The translations under genes and the position numbers were made by a program. From the NCBI RefSeq assembly GCF_001194135.2, contig NC_068989.1:89104787-89153570 (forward strand): 48,784 bases of DNA. The letters are read 5' to 3'. This document shows, piece after piece, positions 12,121 through 25,857 of this stretch; the first letter of the stretch is position 1, and each line of letters starts with the position of its first letter. The DNA comes from Octopus bimaculoides. Lineage: Eukaryota. The notes under the pieces are model-generated. The model was not told the DNA's origin and ran no database searches. It saw nothing but the letters and a program-made list of their open reading frames with translations.

Positions 12121-12926
12121 TCAAGTTGGCCCTGAGTCTTTATTATTCAAGAGCGATGGATTAGCAGAATAGTTACAGATGTAATTTAAAGGAGACTTGG
12201 TTGTAATTTCTAGCAGAACGAGTGACTATGTTGAGGGTTTGGCACAACACGACGGGTTTGTTGTGTACAAAACATAAAAAAAAGATAAATAAAGCGAGAA
12301 AATTGTTACTACATGACAAGCTGATGCACAAATACATACACAGACATATATATATATCTATATATATATATATATAGTATGCGCGAATACGATGAAAGCA
12401 CAGCATAATACAACACGTACTACACACATACGCACGAAACATACAAAATACCCAGTCGAGTCGTCTACTACAAATACTACTACTACTACCACCAAGAACA
12501 ACAACAACAAAACTACAGCTACCACCGCTACCACCATCAATACTAATACTACTGCTGCTACTCTACTGCACACTTCTGCCTGCTAGAAGCTTCGTCAACA
12601 GCTGTTGATTTGTTTATTTTTAGTTTCCCGCGTCTCTTTTTTTCACTCTCTGACTCTCCCTCTCTCTCTCTCTCCCCACCATTTACACACTTCATCCCTG
12701 GGAAAAATTGTGTTCATGCGCCGACGAAAATGATTCCCTCATGTTTCGCGCTCGCGTTGCTAACTGTTACGTTACAAACGATGTGCTTGATAGTGTTTCC
12801 GGCTTTTTGCTCCCCCAAATCTTTTCCCTCTCTTTTCGTTTCTTCTCTTATCTGTTCTTGTGATCATCGCTGGAAAAGACAGCTCAATAAAACATTCATT
12901 TCATGCGCAACTTCTCTGTCTGCAAA

Positions 12927-12929
<3 letters not shown>

Positions 12930-12969
<40 letters not shown>

Positions 12970-13308
12970 TATATATATATATATGTAATATATATTATAT
13001 ATATGATATATATACATTATATATATAATATATATATTATATATACAATATATATATATATATACAATATATATATTATATATACAATATATATATAATG
13101 TATACATATATATATGATATAATATATACATTATATATATATATGTAATATATATATATATATTATATATATATACATACATACATATACATATACAAAA
13201 CATTGGTTTTATGCGCAACTTGTCTGCAAAACACATACATACATACATACATATATATATATATATATGTATATATATTTATATATATATACACATATAA
13301 TATATTTG

Positions 13309-13345
<37 letters not shown>

Positions 13346-13400
13346 GTATATCTATCTATCTATATATATGTAGATCTATTTATATATATGTACGTATAAA
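12930..13400. repeat. Long imperfect (TA)n/(TATAC)-rich tract
   Basis: Direct reading. Confidence 0.95.
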
Positions 13401-13855
13401 TTATATCTTGTTGGGATGGTAATGTTTGTGTATTCTGCAAATCTAGTGAAATTAGTAGCTACAAGTAGTAGATCGAAGTTAGTCCATAGTTTCCAGACAG
13501 CAGAGAATCGGCGATATAGAGACATCCATGTCCATGTGAAATTTGTTTTAATTTTTCTGCTTCTAACAAACACTATTCAAATACTGCGGGTGGGGAGGAT
13601 ATGACAGACAAATAAAGGAGGAACAAGAACGATACAGGGGGTGGGGGATGACAGCCAGACAAGAAAGGAAATAAGAGAAGGAACAGAGAGAATGAGGGCG
13701 GTGGGGTGGGGGACGAAACGCAACAGATATGAAAAGAAAGTCTGGACAATGTAAAGGAATACGGGCAAAGATTTGCTGAGAGACTTTAGTGTTTGGGGAA
13801 TGAGAGAGGGAAGATTCGTGATGAAGGGGTTTAAACAGTGTGAAGTGGAGAGTCA

Positions 13856-13857
13856 TG

Positions 13858-13904
<47 letters not shown>

Positions 13905-13905
13905 G
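13856..13905. repeat. (TCTA)n tetranucleotide microsatellite
   Basis: Direct reading; similar tracts at about 31350-31435 and 46996-47053. Confidence 0.95.
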
Positions 13906-14016
13906 TCCGTCTGTTCATACATATACAAGTGTAGAGTTTATACGTATTAGGAGGCAGCTGGTGATTGGTTTACTCTTACTACTCGGAGTTTCCCGCCACG
14001 TGGGATCGTTCGGGAT

Positions 14017-14050
<34 letters not shown>

Positions 14051-14115
14051 NNNNNNNNNNNNNNNNNNNNNNNNNNNNNNNNNNNNNNNNNNNNNNNNNN
14101 NNNNNNNNNNNNNNN

Positions 14116-14147
<32 letters not shown>

Positions 14148-16092
14148 GTATGTATGTGTGCGTGCATATGTATGTGTGTGCAAGCACACACATGGACCTA
14201 TAAGTGTGGATGTACAGACGGGGGAATAGCGTAAAATAAATTAAATTAGACGGGCGTGATAGGAATTTTGGGTGAGAATATTGGATACATATATATATAT
14301 GTGTATGTGTGTATGTATGTTTTATGTGTGTGCATTGTAAAGCTTCGTGAGTGTATATTTTATTTTGAATTTCCTTTTGTTTCTCATGGAGTATTTGAAA
14401 TGAAACAAATAACAGGGTAGGATGGAACGGAGAAGCGAAGACAGATAGAAAGTAAGTGATATTGAGAAATTGAACGGAATAGAGTTAAAGAGACAGGGTG
14501 AGGTGTATTGCTGTAGGGGTAGCGGAAGGAGGGAATGGTAATGAATAAATGAAAGAGTGAAAAAATATCAGAGTGCGATATAAGATAAAAGAGAGAGAGA
14601 GAGAAAGAGTAATAGAAATGTTTAAAAAAAAGAGAGGAAGGGTTAAATATGTAGGGAAGAAAAGAAAGGAGAGTTTCAAGGAAAGGCGTAAGTCAAATAA
14701 AAGGAGGTGGAGAAGGAGGAGAAGAAGCCATCTGACACAGAGAAGGACGAGGTGAAGGGACTACTTTCTAAATGTGAATAGGTGCACGTATGTTTCCCGC
14801 CAATTCCTACTCATTCTAGACGCACACAACAACACGCCAACTATTACTGGAACAAACATAAACACACACATGCATTGATGCATACACACACACATATATG
14901 AGTATGTACAAAGAAACGCTGTATGGTGGTAGGAGGCACGTTGCTTCTCCTTCCTCGGTCACTCTCTCTCCCTTTTTTCTTTACTCACATACATTGTCTT
15001 TCCCTTTCTTTTAATTTTTCTGCCTATCAAAAGTCTGTATATGTTTCAGTCTTTCTCTTTTATGTTTCTCTATAGTCTTACTTTATTTCTTTCACACTGT
15101 CTACATATATATATATATATATACACATTCTCACGTTCTTTCTCACACTCCTACTCACTCGTTTTTCACTCCCTCTTTACTCTTACTATCTCTTACGTCG
15201 CACCACCACTGTCGCCTCTCTCCCTCACACCGTCACTCCATTATCAACATTATCACCGCCAAGAAGACAGCGATGTCGTGGAAGGAGAAGACAGAGTGAA
15301 GGGGAGTAAGAGCAATAGTGAAAGGGGGAAACAAACGTACATAGTGGCGTGGTATAATGGCGTGCCTACAACCAGCAGCGAGTAGAGAGACATTCGGTTT
15401 AAATACCAACTAAAATAATCTTTCAATGTTTATATTTTTTTGGTGAAGACATCTTTATAACCACCAACTACCATTTTCCCATTGTACATTGGAATCTCTT
15501 GGATTTTCTTTCCTCTTGTGGGTCAATATACTATTTACAGAGGCCATCCACTTTTGGATAGAACCATTTTATTCATAACATTTGTTACATCGGCTCCGCT
15601 CCGTCTTGTAAAGTGAACGTGCGTTTTTTTCTCTCTCTCCTACCCTCCTCTCTTTCTCAGTCTCTTCCTTTCTCTTTCATCCTCCTCCCTCTCAATATCT
15701 CACCCTCTTTTTATCTCCCTCTTTTCCTCTCTCTGTCTATAGTATCTCTCTTTCTCACTCATCTGTTCCTTATTCTCCAACAACGATCATATACCATAAA
15801 ATATTTTTGTGTGTTTGTGTGTATATTTATATTATATATACACATAGATACGTATACATACATATATCTACATACATACATTCACAGAAATCATTCATAC
15901 ACTCAGACTACAGACATAAACCGCCAACAACAAATAGGCACTTTGGATATTTTCTCTCCCCGGGGGGTTTGTTTTGGGGTTTCTTTTTAATACCCTTGAA
16001 CCTCTTCAGGGTTTTTTATAGCTTCTTAACACCCCTTTTTCTCCCTCTGTCCGTGTGTAACCTCTATTTCTAACTCTTGTTCGACCACTACT

Positions 16093-16184
16093 ATGTCTGT
16101 TTACCCTCGGACAGCTGAAAAGAAACGAATTATGCAGGAATACCGGATGCGACACGAAGAGATGACATCCGTAGCACTAAACAG
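16093..16184 (+). CDS. Candidate coding exon of an unidentified gene: MSVYPRTAEKKRIMQEYRMRHEEMTSVALN(R/S)
   Basis: ATG with A at -3, 30 open codons, ends at strong donor CAG|GTAAGA (phase 2). About 46% GC island between T-rich tracts. Alternative acceptor at cag|16115. No homologue recognised. Confidence 0.3.
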
Positions 16185-17929
16185 GTAAGATAAAAATAGA
16201 TTGTTTATTTTGTTGTTCTGTTTTGTTGATTTCTTTTGCTGCTTTCGCTTTTATTATTTGTCCTCTTTCTGCTGAGTTTGCTACCAGAACAGTACACATA
16301 ACCACACCACCAAAACATAAACATTAAACACACTGAACCTTCAATGACAATTGTCTGCAAAAGGACATAAATACAACAAACCGTTGCTAGTTGAGATTTT
16401 TTTTTAGTCCCAGCCCAGCGAAAAGTTAAAAGATGGCCCAAAAGTATTCTAGCCATGATCATTTTATCATTTTGTTTTCCAGATTTCGTCCTTTTTTGTT
16501 TTTTGAGAGTGAGTAAATAAATAATATGGCGTGATATGAGGGTGGAGGGTGGTTTAATCACTGTTTGTTCTGTTTTGTTTCGCAAAGGAAATTTACCACC
16601 AACCTGTAAGGTTCCCTCGTTGGTTCAAGCAATTAGCGGCGGAGCTAGATTTTGTTTTTCTGAAAGTACTAATACTTTAATACAAAAGTGGATATAGTCG
16701 ATTGTACCCTTCCTGCTACCCCTTTGGCTGTTACACTCCAACCAGTGAATGGTTTAGACTTATGTAAGGATAGTTGGCGAGTCTTTTCTCGCCAAAGCAG
16801 ACCCTCTAGTTATAAATCCAACAGTTGGTGATGATATACCTGTAATTAATACCTTATATCTAACAATACCTGTTATGCTAATTGCAGGGTGGTGAGGCTG
16901 TTGCAGTTGGGTTGGGCTATTCATAACATCTCTACCCCGCAATCTTGCGCTACTAGGGTAGGAAATACCCCACCCATTTTCACCCGATTTTAAGGTCGCT
17001 GAGACCAACTCCTCAGATATCGATCAAATGAGGACCCGTATTTGTGTGAGGTTGGTTTTGCGCGCTCGCACTGACACACACCGACTCGTGTGTGTGTGTG
17101 TGTGTGTGTGTGTGGAAATAGTCTGTACTGATCTTTTTTTGTTGCTGCTCTAAAACCTTTGATAGTTAACACTTTATCAGAATGTTATTGTAAACACACG
17201 TACACAAATATGTGTTTACATGTATCTGCCCACGTACACAATCACATATGATTACATATGTGAGTGTGCACGGTTGCACGGTTACACATCTCTGTTTATT
17301 CGTATTGCACACACGTAAAACATGTTTACACGTGTATACTCACACACGTGTAGTACTTTATGCAGTTGACGCACTCACACACACACGTATGTGTATTCAC
17401 ACAGGTATATATATAACAGACTTGGGTGCAGTCAATGTATGCATACATACGTTACGTATACACATATTTATAGACACATGAATTACACACGTGTATAGAC
17501 TTAGATATATTTTGTGTTTACACACACGTGTGTTAAACACATGTAAGCATGTTTACAAAACACACAATCACATGCATGTGTATTACTTGTGATGCCTACA
17601 CACAATCATAGAAATGCGTATTATTACATAGTAATAGTCGCATAGTTTACATACACCAAACATGTGGGTATGTTTACACATGTTTTGAGTGGTGTATGGT
17701 GTAGTAACTGGTATTGTTCCCTCACAAAAACCAGGAAAAGCCCTGCAAACAAAACAACCACATGCTTAAATGTAAAGTAGAAAAATTTCACGATTAAATA
17801 ACACAAATACGTAATAAATGTTTCAAAAATAAAAAGCATAGAAAAAATTATGATTTAAATTTCGTATAATTATACATTCGAATTATACATTCTACTCATT
17901 ATTTTGGTGGAAAAGTACTTTGAAAAAAA

Positions 17930-18080
17930 CCCCCGAAAAAACATGAAAAAGCGGTGTACCGAAAAAAAGATTTGTTTTTCTTTGGAGTTTCATTGGAAGG
18001 GTTAGGGTTAGTATTATCTCAAGGGAGTTTTTGACCTACAGGAATTTTTGTCCCACGGAGAGGTTTTCATTTGATCCCGG
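17930..18080. mobile_element. Short interspersed element with a TTAGGG motif (possible Helentron/HINE-like or non-autonomous DNA element end)
   Basis: gggttagggttagt..agggagtttttgacc..ggaatttttgtcc..gaggttttc repeated-motif architecture. Class inferred. Confidence 0.3.
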
Positions 18081-18296
18081 AAATATGTATATGTGTGTTA
18101 TGTAACGCGTGTATATATATGCGTACGTGTGTTTGTGTGCTTAATGGTAAATCTCTTTCTCTTTCTGTGTAACATCAGTCTGTTGTATGGGTGCTTATTT
18201 ATAAATATATTTTGTATTTATAGAAATGTTTCTGTCTGTATCTCTATGTAAATATGTGTGCGTGTATCGAGTTCTTTATATGGCTACATGTTTGTT

Positions 18297-18329
<33 letters not shown>

Positions 18330-19475
18330 TTAATAGAAATGTGTAATACATAAATAGTAAATATATACGCGTATCAGTGCATGTTTTTCTTATTTCAAGG
18401 TGTTTATTGTGTCATTAAAATCAGTTGTGTACAACCTTACAGTATGTGTGTATATACGTGTGCTATGTGCATTTCTATAAACGTATATATGCTGGTGTGT
18501 GTGTGTGTATATATATACATACATATATCTATGTGTGCGCGTGATGAAATAAATCCGGCTCTAATCCCATTTGAGATGATCCTTCGTGATGGATCAAATA
18601 GTATTTTGGAAGGTCATAGATAGATCGAGGAAGGGAGGGTGTGTTCGTGTCCGCGTCCCCCCGCTCCCTCGTATTATTATTACTCTTCCTCTCCCTCCTC
18701 CTCCCTCAATCACAAGTCTCTGCTTGCATGACTGTCTGTCTGGTCGGTGGGTGGGTGGAGCATTGTTCTCTTGTATTTTGTTTGATTTTGCTGCTGCTGC
18801 TGCGACTACTACTACTACTACTACTACTGTTTAATCTATTACCACTAACCACTACTTACTAAAATTTTTGCTACTACTACCACCACTACCGTATTACTAC
18901 TACTACTTACTTAATAGAACAATACCACCACCACTACTACTGCTGCTGTTGATAGTACTGCTGTTACTATTGATGTATTACTACTATTGTTGACGATTGT
19001 GATTCGGTTTCGATTCCACGTTGCAAACTGCTCGTCTGTGAATGAAATGCTTAAATAAATATCTCCATTAAGGTCATTTGTTGGTGCTGGATGTGGTGTT
19101 GGTTAGTGGCTCTGCAAACTGATTGATAGGATAACATTACACACCGCATGCGTTCCCGCCCAGCTAAAGAATCCTTCTTATATGGCAACCCTGTCGGTGT
19201 AACGAGAGGAGGATGTTTAAGTTTGCCCGTGTGCGTGATTGTAAAAATACTCCGTTTGCCAAGAGGTACTTTAAAGGGTTGTACTGTTTTTGTGTGGAAT
19301 CGATACTCGTAACATTAGCACGCACACATACGCTAAGAATGGTACGTAAACGGAGGTTACCTTAGTGTAAGTTTGAGAAAAACAAACACACACACACACA
19401 CACACACGTGTGTAGTGAAGAAACCAGCTGATTTCTTTTTGTTTTCTATTTTCTCTTTGACACCTTTGTGTGTGC

Positions 19476-19544
<69 letters not shown>

Positions 19545-22214
19545 GTGAAATCTCTTGAATTATGTATCTATATTATAGCGTATTTACAAGTTTACTATAG
19601 CGTAATAGTTGGTTGATATCTAACCGAATAATTCTAATGCCCTGATGTGGTTTAAGAATCAATCAAATAACTGCAACAATGAAATCAGACACAGTTCTTG
19701 ATGATGGGGGAAACCTAAAACCTAAAACACATGGAGAGCAAATAGGGGTACAATCGATATGATTAAGCGCACACTCAAGAACGAACCCCCAAAAGGGAAC
19801 GTATAAACAGCTACATATCCATCACAATAACAACCATTTAAAATCTAAACGGACGGAGGCACCCGTCATCAGCTGCTCTATTGGAAATTATTATGGTTTC
19901 GACACCCTTGCAGTATCGCCCAAGCCAAGACTTTACATAACGTATATATTATTGAAAACATCCTTTAATAGCAAAACTTTGTTCACCTAAACTGGTAGAA
20001 GCCAAGTGACCAATATAAAAATGAAACAAAACAAACACCGATTAGATTATTTAAACTTAATTCACTTGCATTTAATATAAAATCTGTTCCGTTGTACAAG
20101 ATACCGTAAACTTGAATATTGTGAAGTTTGTTTTCCTTTAGTAATTAAAACCCTGATTATCTTTATTTTCAGGAATAGTGTACACCAAACTACATTATGC
20201 AATGCGTTTTATTTTTAAACGGTTATGTGTGCTTTAAGTAGGAGTTTGTTAATTTTCTAGCCGGCTGAAACCACCCTGTTACAGGCTCCCCGCTTCATCG
20301 GCTCCAGACATGATATTTCTTTTTCTGAATGCAATGAAAAATGTCTGGAGGTCTCACTCTTTTTATCTGGTCTTTTGACACATTTTCATTGCTAATTTCA
20401 ATATGTATCCAGTGTTCATCAACTTTACCCACTTGTGTTTCCTCTTACATTTTACTGAATTCATCTCAGATCCTTACAGATAGAATTCCGCAAAATCAAC
20501 GTCATACACGGAAGCTAATTCACCCGACTCCTGTTTTCCCTCACACCTACAAATATATGACCATCTGTCCATGTGTTAGCATAATTAATCAAAAGATTAA
20601 CTTGCTTTTCATTTCGGGATCGATAAAATAAATGTCAGATATGTATTGTATGAATTCAATTGACCATTGCAGTCTTCTTATTGCAAAATATGATCATCAC
20701 GTTGTAGGTATCTTCTTTCTTGGGAAATGGCATTTAAAGGACCGAAAGACATGAATTCTATTCCTTCAAGTACAAATTTATTCAGTCTAAGCCGGATAAA
20801 CTGTTAATGAGAAAAATCTTGGCGCTTAACTGAAGATATTAAAAGAAATGAATATTGCAATATACTGCAAGTTGGGCAGGGGTAAATATCCAAGGGGACC
20901 AAGTTTCACTGTTAATCTGGTTTTGTGAAGGGCGCCAAACACCGTTCAGCCATTGTTTCTCCTGGAGATGATAAATACCAATCATACATTCTCTGAGGTG
21001 AGCGAAAAATATCTTGGCGATGCAATGAGTTCAGATTTCGCCGCGGTGTGTGTGCGTGGGGAAATGTGCGTTTTTACTTTTCATCATTCCGGGGGTTGCA
21101 ACAAAGTTATCGGACACCTGTAGTTTATTTAGACGACCGAGTTACTGGAATTTGTGACTTCTGCCTATGTTGTTTTGAAAACTTCTTTTTGCTAGTTTCA
21201 GCTCGAAAGCTGCGGCCATGCTGGGGCACTGCCGTTAGAAATCGTTGATGGAGAAACCATAGGTAGTGGTTAAGGATCGGAGACGCAGAGCGTCGTACCA
21301 ATGTCAATGAATTGACGTACCCAGTTATGTATTGAGCGGCTACGCTCTTCGCCACCAAATCTGATGAAGGGTTACATCCTCCCCTACCAAATTCAACGCC
21401 TTGTGGTGGCTGTGCAAGCACTTTGTCGATGCTTCGTTGTCTCTTTAGGAAGCTGTTGGGTTTCGGCGTTGATTCAAGTTTTAGAATGTGTACGAATGTG
21501 TTGTATGTTGGTTTTGAACTTGCAGAAAGCAAGTGAAGTCAGCTGTCTTATTTGTAGTGAATGTACGCGATGTTGCAGGCGTTACAACTATTGCAAACAA
21601 TGTGTATGAGAGAGGAGGAGGAGGAGGAGGAGGAAGATGTTGAGGGGTAGTTCTAGAGTTAAATGAGGATGTGCTACTGTCACTTGCAGAGAGAGAGAGA
21701 GAGGAGGAAAAGAGAGGACAGAAATATCAGAAGAAAAGACAGAAATGTCTGTATCTGTGAGGGGAGGGGGATAAATAAAGGAAGATATGAAGGTGAGGGA
21801 GGAGGCGAATGAAATATAGGTGGGGGAGGTAAGGGAAGAGTGTGTGTGTGTGTGTGTGTAGTAATGGATAGAGAGGGAGGAGGGAGAGGTGTCGCGTAGA
21901 GACTTGTTTTGGCGGCTCTCGTCTCTGGAAAGTATGCAAAGTCACTGCGTATGGGGGGGGGGAGTACAAGAGCGAGTGGTGGTGGTAGCGGCGGTGAAAG
22001 ATCGAGTGAAGTAGCTAGCAGGTGGAATAATATAGTAATTANNNNNNNNNNNNNNNNNNNNNNNNNNNNNNNNNNNNNNNNNNNNNNNNNNNNNNNNNNN
22101 NNNNNNNNNNNNNNNNNNNNNNNNNNNNNNNNNNNATACCTGAAATCGACTTCACCCCTCTCCGGAAATTGTGATCTTGTGTTTGTTAGAAACTATTCTC
22201 ATTGTTCCAGCATA

Positions 22215-22273
<59 letters not shown>

Positions 22274-24982
22274 TATATATGTATGTGTGTGTGTGTGTGT
22301 ATTATATATTTATGTATGTAAAACACGTGTTACACATTACTGCCTTTCGATTTCGATCGTTACCAGTTGTGTTGTTGTTCTCGAATGTTTACCTTCCCTC
22401 GGAGTCGTACCGAACCGAGGATTTATCGCGCTCGAATCCAGTCGGATTGCACAACAAAGACAAGAAGACACCTGATAGAGTACATGGATGAAACCGATCT
22501 AAAGTAGCTTATATGTCAATATATACTTCAAAAATAGGCTTTGTGAATCGGGCAGATTATGACCGCATGAACGATCTATCAATCATCTCATATATGTGTG
22601 TGTATATATTACATATATTTGTGTGTCTATGCCCTATATATTTGTTAGTGTGTGAAGATACTCACAAACACACATAAACATCTTTTGTCACTACAAACTG
22701 AAAGTAGAAATGTTTTTACTATCCAGCATTGTCTAGGCGGGCGTGTCAAATAAGGCATACAACGCCTTAATATATAATATATATATATGTATATATATAT
22801 ATTTATTTATTTGGTTTATCTAAAACTTGTTCGGATTCAACAAGGGGTATATTGCAATATTGCCAAAATGAAAGCTTTTCAAGTTTTTTAATGTTGTTCC
22901 CCCCAATCCCTCAAATTTTTTGCTCTTAATTTTCTTTTTTAAGAATGCCACATAGTAGTAGAAAGAGAGTGTGTGTGTGTATGCGTGCGTAAATATGAAT
23001 TGATAGAAAGAGAAAAAGCTATGGCGGTATAAAACGAAATCAACAGAAACAAACGTCGTGGCGCACTCACTATATGACTGACTGAGGGAGTGGGAGGAAA
23101 CGTGTAGAAGAGATACTGCATATAGTGAAGGAGTGAGAGGAAGCAGACATGTTGGCAAAGAAAGACACACACACATAGATGTATACATATATATATAGAG
23201 AGAGAGTGAGAGATAGAGCAATAAGGAAGGAGAAGTTGTAGTAAGAGAAAGAGGCGGAGGAAAAAGAGTAGTGTGACAATATATTTAAATAGTTGACAGA
23301 TGGAGGAAGAGGAAGGGAATAGAGTGAATTTAGAAGAGAGAGTGAGGGAGTGAGTGTAGTTCATTGCTGCACTACATTTGTACGTAGCGGCCTGTTGTAA
23401 TATATATTATGACTTGGCAGCAGCAGTGTGTGTATATGCGAGAGAGAAGGGATAGGGAGAGATGGTTTTTGTGTTGAAGTTGATTTTGAGCGAAGCACGG
23501 CTGATGAGAACAGAGAGAGAGAGAGTAATGGATGTGTGAAGAAAAATGCAGACAGGAAAGGAGATTAAAGAGGAAGGACGCAGAAAGAAAGAGAGAGAGG
23601 GAGAGGAATCTGTGAGGGTGGGAGGAGGAAGCGAATAGTAGTAGTTATGGAAGATTAGGAGATAGAAACTGAGCTGCATCGAGTGGTGTTAGGGGGGAGT
23701 GTTGTATAGAAAAGAGTGATAGTAATGAGAGAGGGGTGATACTGCTTTGCTAACGAAACAAACCACTACTGTCACAACACACACAAAAAAAAGCCCTCAC
23801 ATACGCCATTTTTCTTTGTGTTCTTTTTCTTTACTATTGCAACTACTACTGATATTTATACTAGCACTACTTATTATATTACTACTAATGTGCTATGGTA
23901 CAACTTCTAGTACTGTGGAAATCATGGCTCAGACTTTCACAGAGTGAAAAAAGAAAAATGTATATTCGTGTGAAATAGTAAATTCTATGATCAGCCTCCA
24001 AGTGTTATTCTTAGGATGGTTTTCGCTATGTGTATATTTATGTTAGTGTACCTATTTATATAAGTTTTATAGAAAATTAGAGGACTTCTTAAAGGGAATT
24101 AATGGTATAATAAAAAAGAAAGTTAAATGTATATAGTAGTGTAGTAAAGCCGACATAGTTTAATGTGTCATACTTGCAACGGCGTCTTTTCACCACCTCC
24201 TCCTCCCGTCCCTCTTTCGCAGTTTTCATTGAACACGTTCTCTCGCTGGTTTCCCCCCCTCCCTCACTTTCTCTTTGCCGTATTGTGAACTCTTTTCCTC
24301 GACTTGTTTTCCGTAAACTGGAAAATGACACTCGACAAACACTACACAAATACTATAGTGGCAAACTAGTGGTCTTGCTCCGTTTTATCTTGAGAATGAT
24401 TGATAAAAAAAAAAAGAAAAAGTACACCAATAAAGCTCACCCCTGAATAGCGTTCGCTCCCAAACTAATGAAAACCAGGTTTCGAAGAAAGTACAAATTT
24501 GTATTTCTCTACACACCCACCTGTGTATAAAATATCTTATACGCACATATACAGAATGAGGGTTTTATGTATGCGAAATCATGGGGAAAGTTTACCGTGT
24601 ATATATCATTAGTTGGATGTAGGTAGTGGTGTTTGATTTATCTGTCGGCCCTGATCAAGCAGACGTTTCTCGAAATGTGCGTGTGTGTATTTTGGACTCC
24701 CGCCTTACGATCACTGATACCGGCGTGAAATAATTATAGATTATTAAATGGTCAATTATTTCTCCTTCGAAATACACGTAAAGATATGGTTGGTGTGTCT
24801 GCTAAGAGACGTACTATCATTACACACACAGCTGAGTGTGTGTGTGTGTGTGTGTACAAGGAGTGCGAGAGAGTGAGCGGGGAAAAATTAAATATGCTGT
24901 ATTGTAAACTAATCCATACTACTGAATGCACCATGTGCGTTCTCTCTTCGCTCTCTGTTACCACGCTATCTTGCTCTGTTTA

Positions 24983-25024
<42 letters not shown>

Positions 25025-25132
25025 GCACACATACATAGATATATTTGTATGTGTATATACGGCGAGCTTTTCCACAAGCTATTTATTTTAGTCAACCGCA
25101 AATGCTTCGAGTCTGGGAACGACGTTGTTGTA

Positions 25133-25857
25133 NNNNNNNNNNNNNNNNNNNNNNNNNNNNNNNNNNNNNNNNNNNNNNNNNNNNNNNNNNNNNNNNNNNN
25201 NNNNNNNNNNNNNNNNNNNNNNNNNNNNNNNNNNNNNNNNNNNNNNNNNNNNNNNNNNNNNNNNNNNNNNNNNNNNNNNNNNNNNNNNNNNNNNNNNNNN
25301 NNNNNNNNNNNNNNNNNNNNNNNNNNNNNNNNNNNNNNNNNNNNNNNNNNNNNNNNNNNNNNNNNNNNNNNNNNNNNNNNNNNNNNNNNNNNNNNNNNNN
25401 NNNNNNNNNNNNNNNNNNNNNNNNNNNNNNNNNNNNNNNNNNNNNNNNNNNNNNNNNNNNNNNNNNNNNNNNNNNNNNNNNNNNNNNNNNNNNNNNNNNN
25501 NNNNNNNNNNNNNNNNNNNNNNNNNNNNNNNNNNNNNNNNNNNNNNNNNNNNNNNNNNNNNNNNNNNNNNNNNNNNNNNNNNNNNNNNNNNNNNNNNNNN
25601 NNNNNNNNNNNNNNNNNNNNNNNNNNNNNNNNNNNNNNNNNNNNNNNNNNNNNNNNNNNNNNNNNNNNNNNNNNNNNNNNNNNNNNNNNNNNNNNNNNNN
25701 NNNNNNNNNNNNNNNNNNNNNNNNNNNNNNNNNNNNNNNNNNNNNNNNNNNNNNNNNNNNNNNNNNNNNNNNNNNNNNNNNNNNNNNNNNNNNNNNNNNN
25801 NNNNNNNNNNNNNNNNNNNNNNNNNNNNNNNNNNNNNNNNNNNNNNNNNNNNNNNNN
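25133..25857. other. Largest assembly gap (725 N); others at 3041-3178, 10998-11207, 14051-14115, 22042-22135, 33834-33904, 37942-38253, 47054-47678
   Basis: Runs of n; most abut microsatellites. Confidence 1.

Noticed and set aside
16483-16508. 26-nt phase-compatible exon after 16184 (ccag|...gaga|gtgagt)
   Set aside because: The body is almost entirely poly-T, typical of intronic pyrimidine tract.
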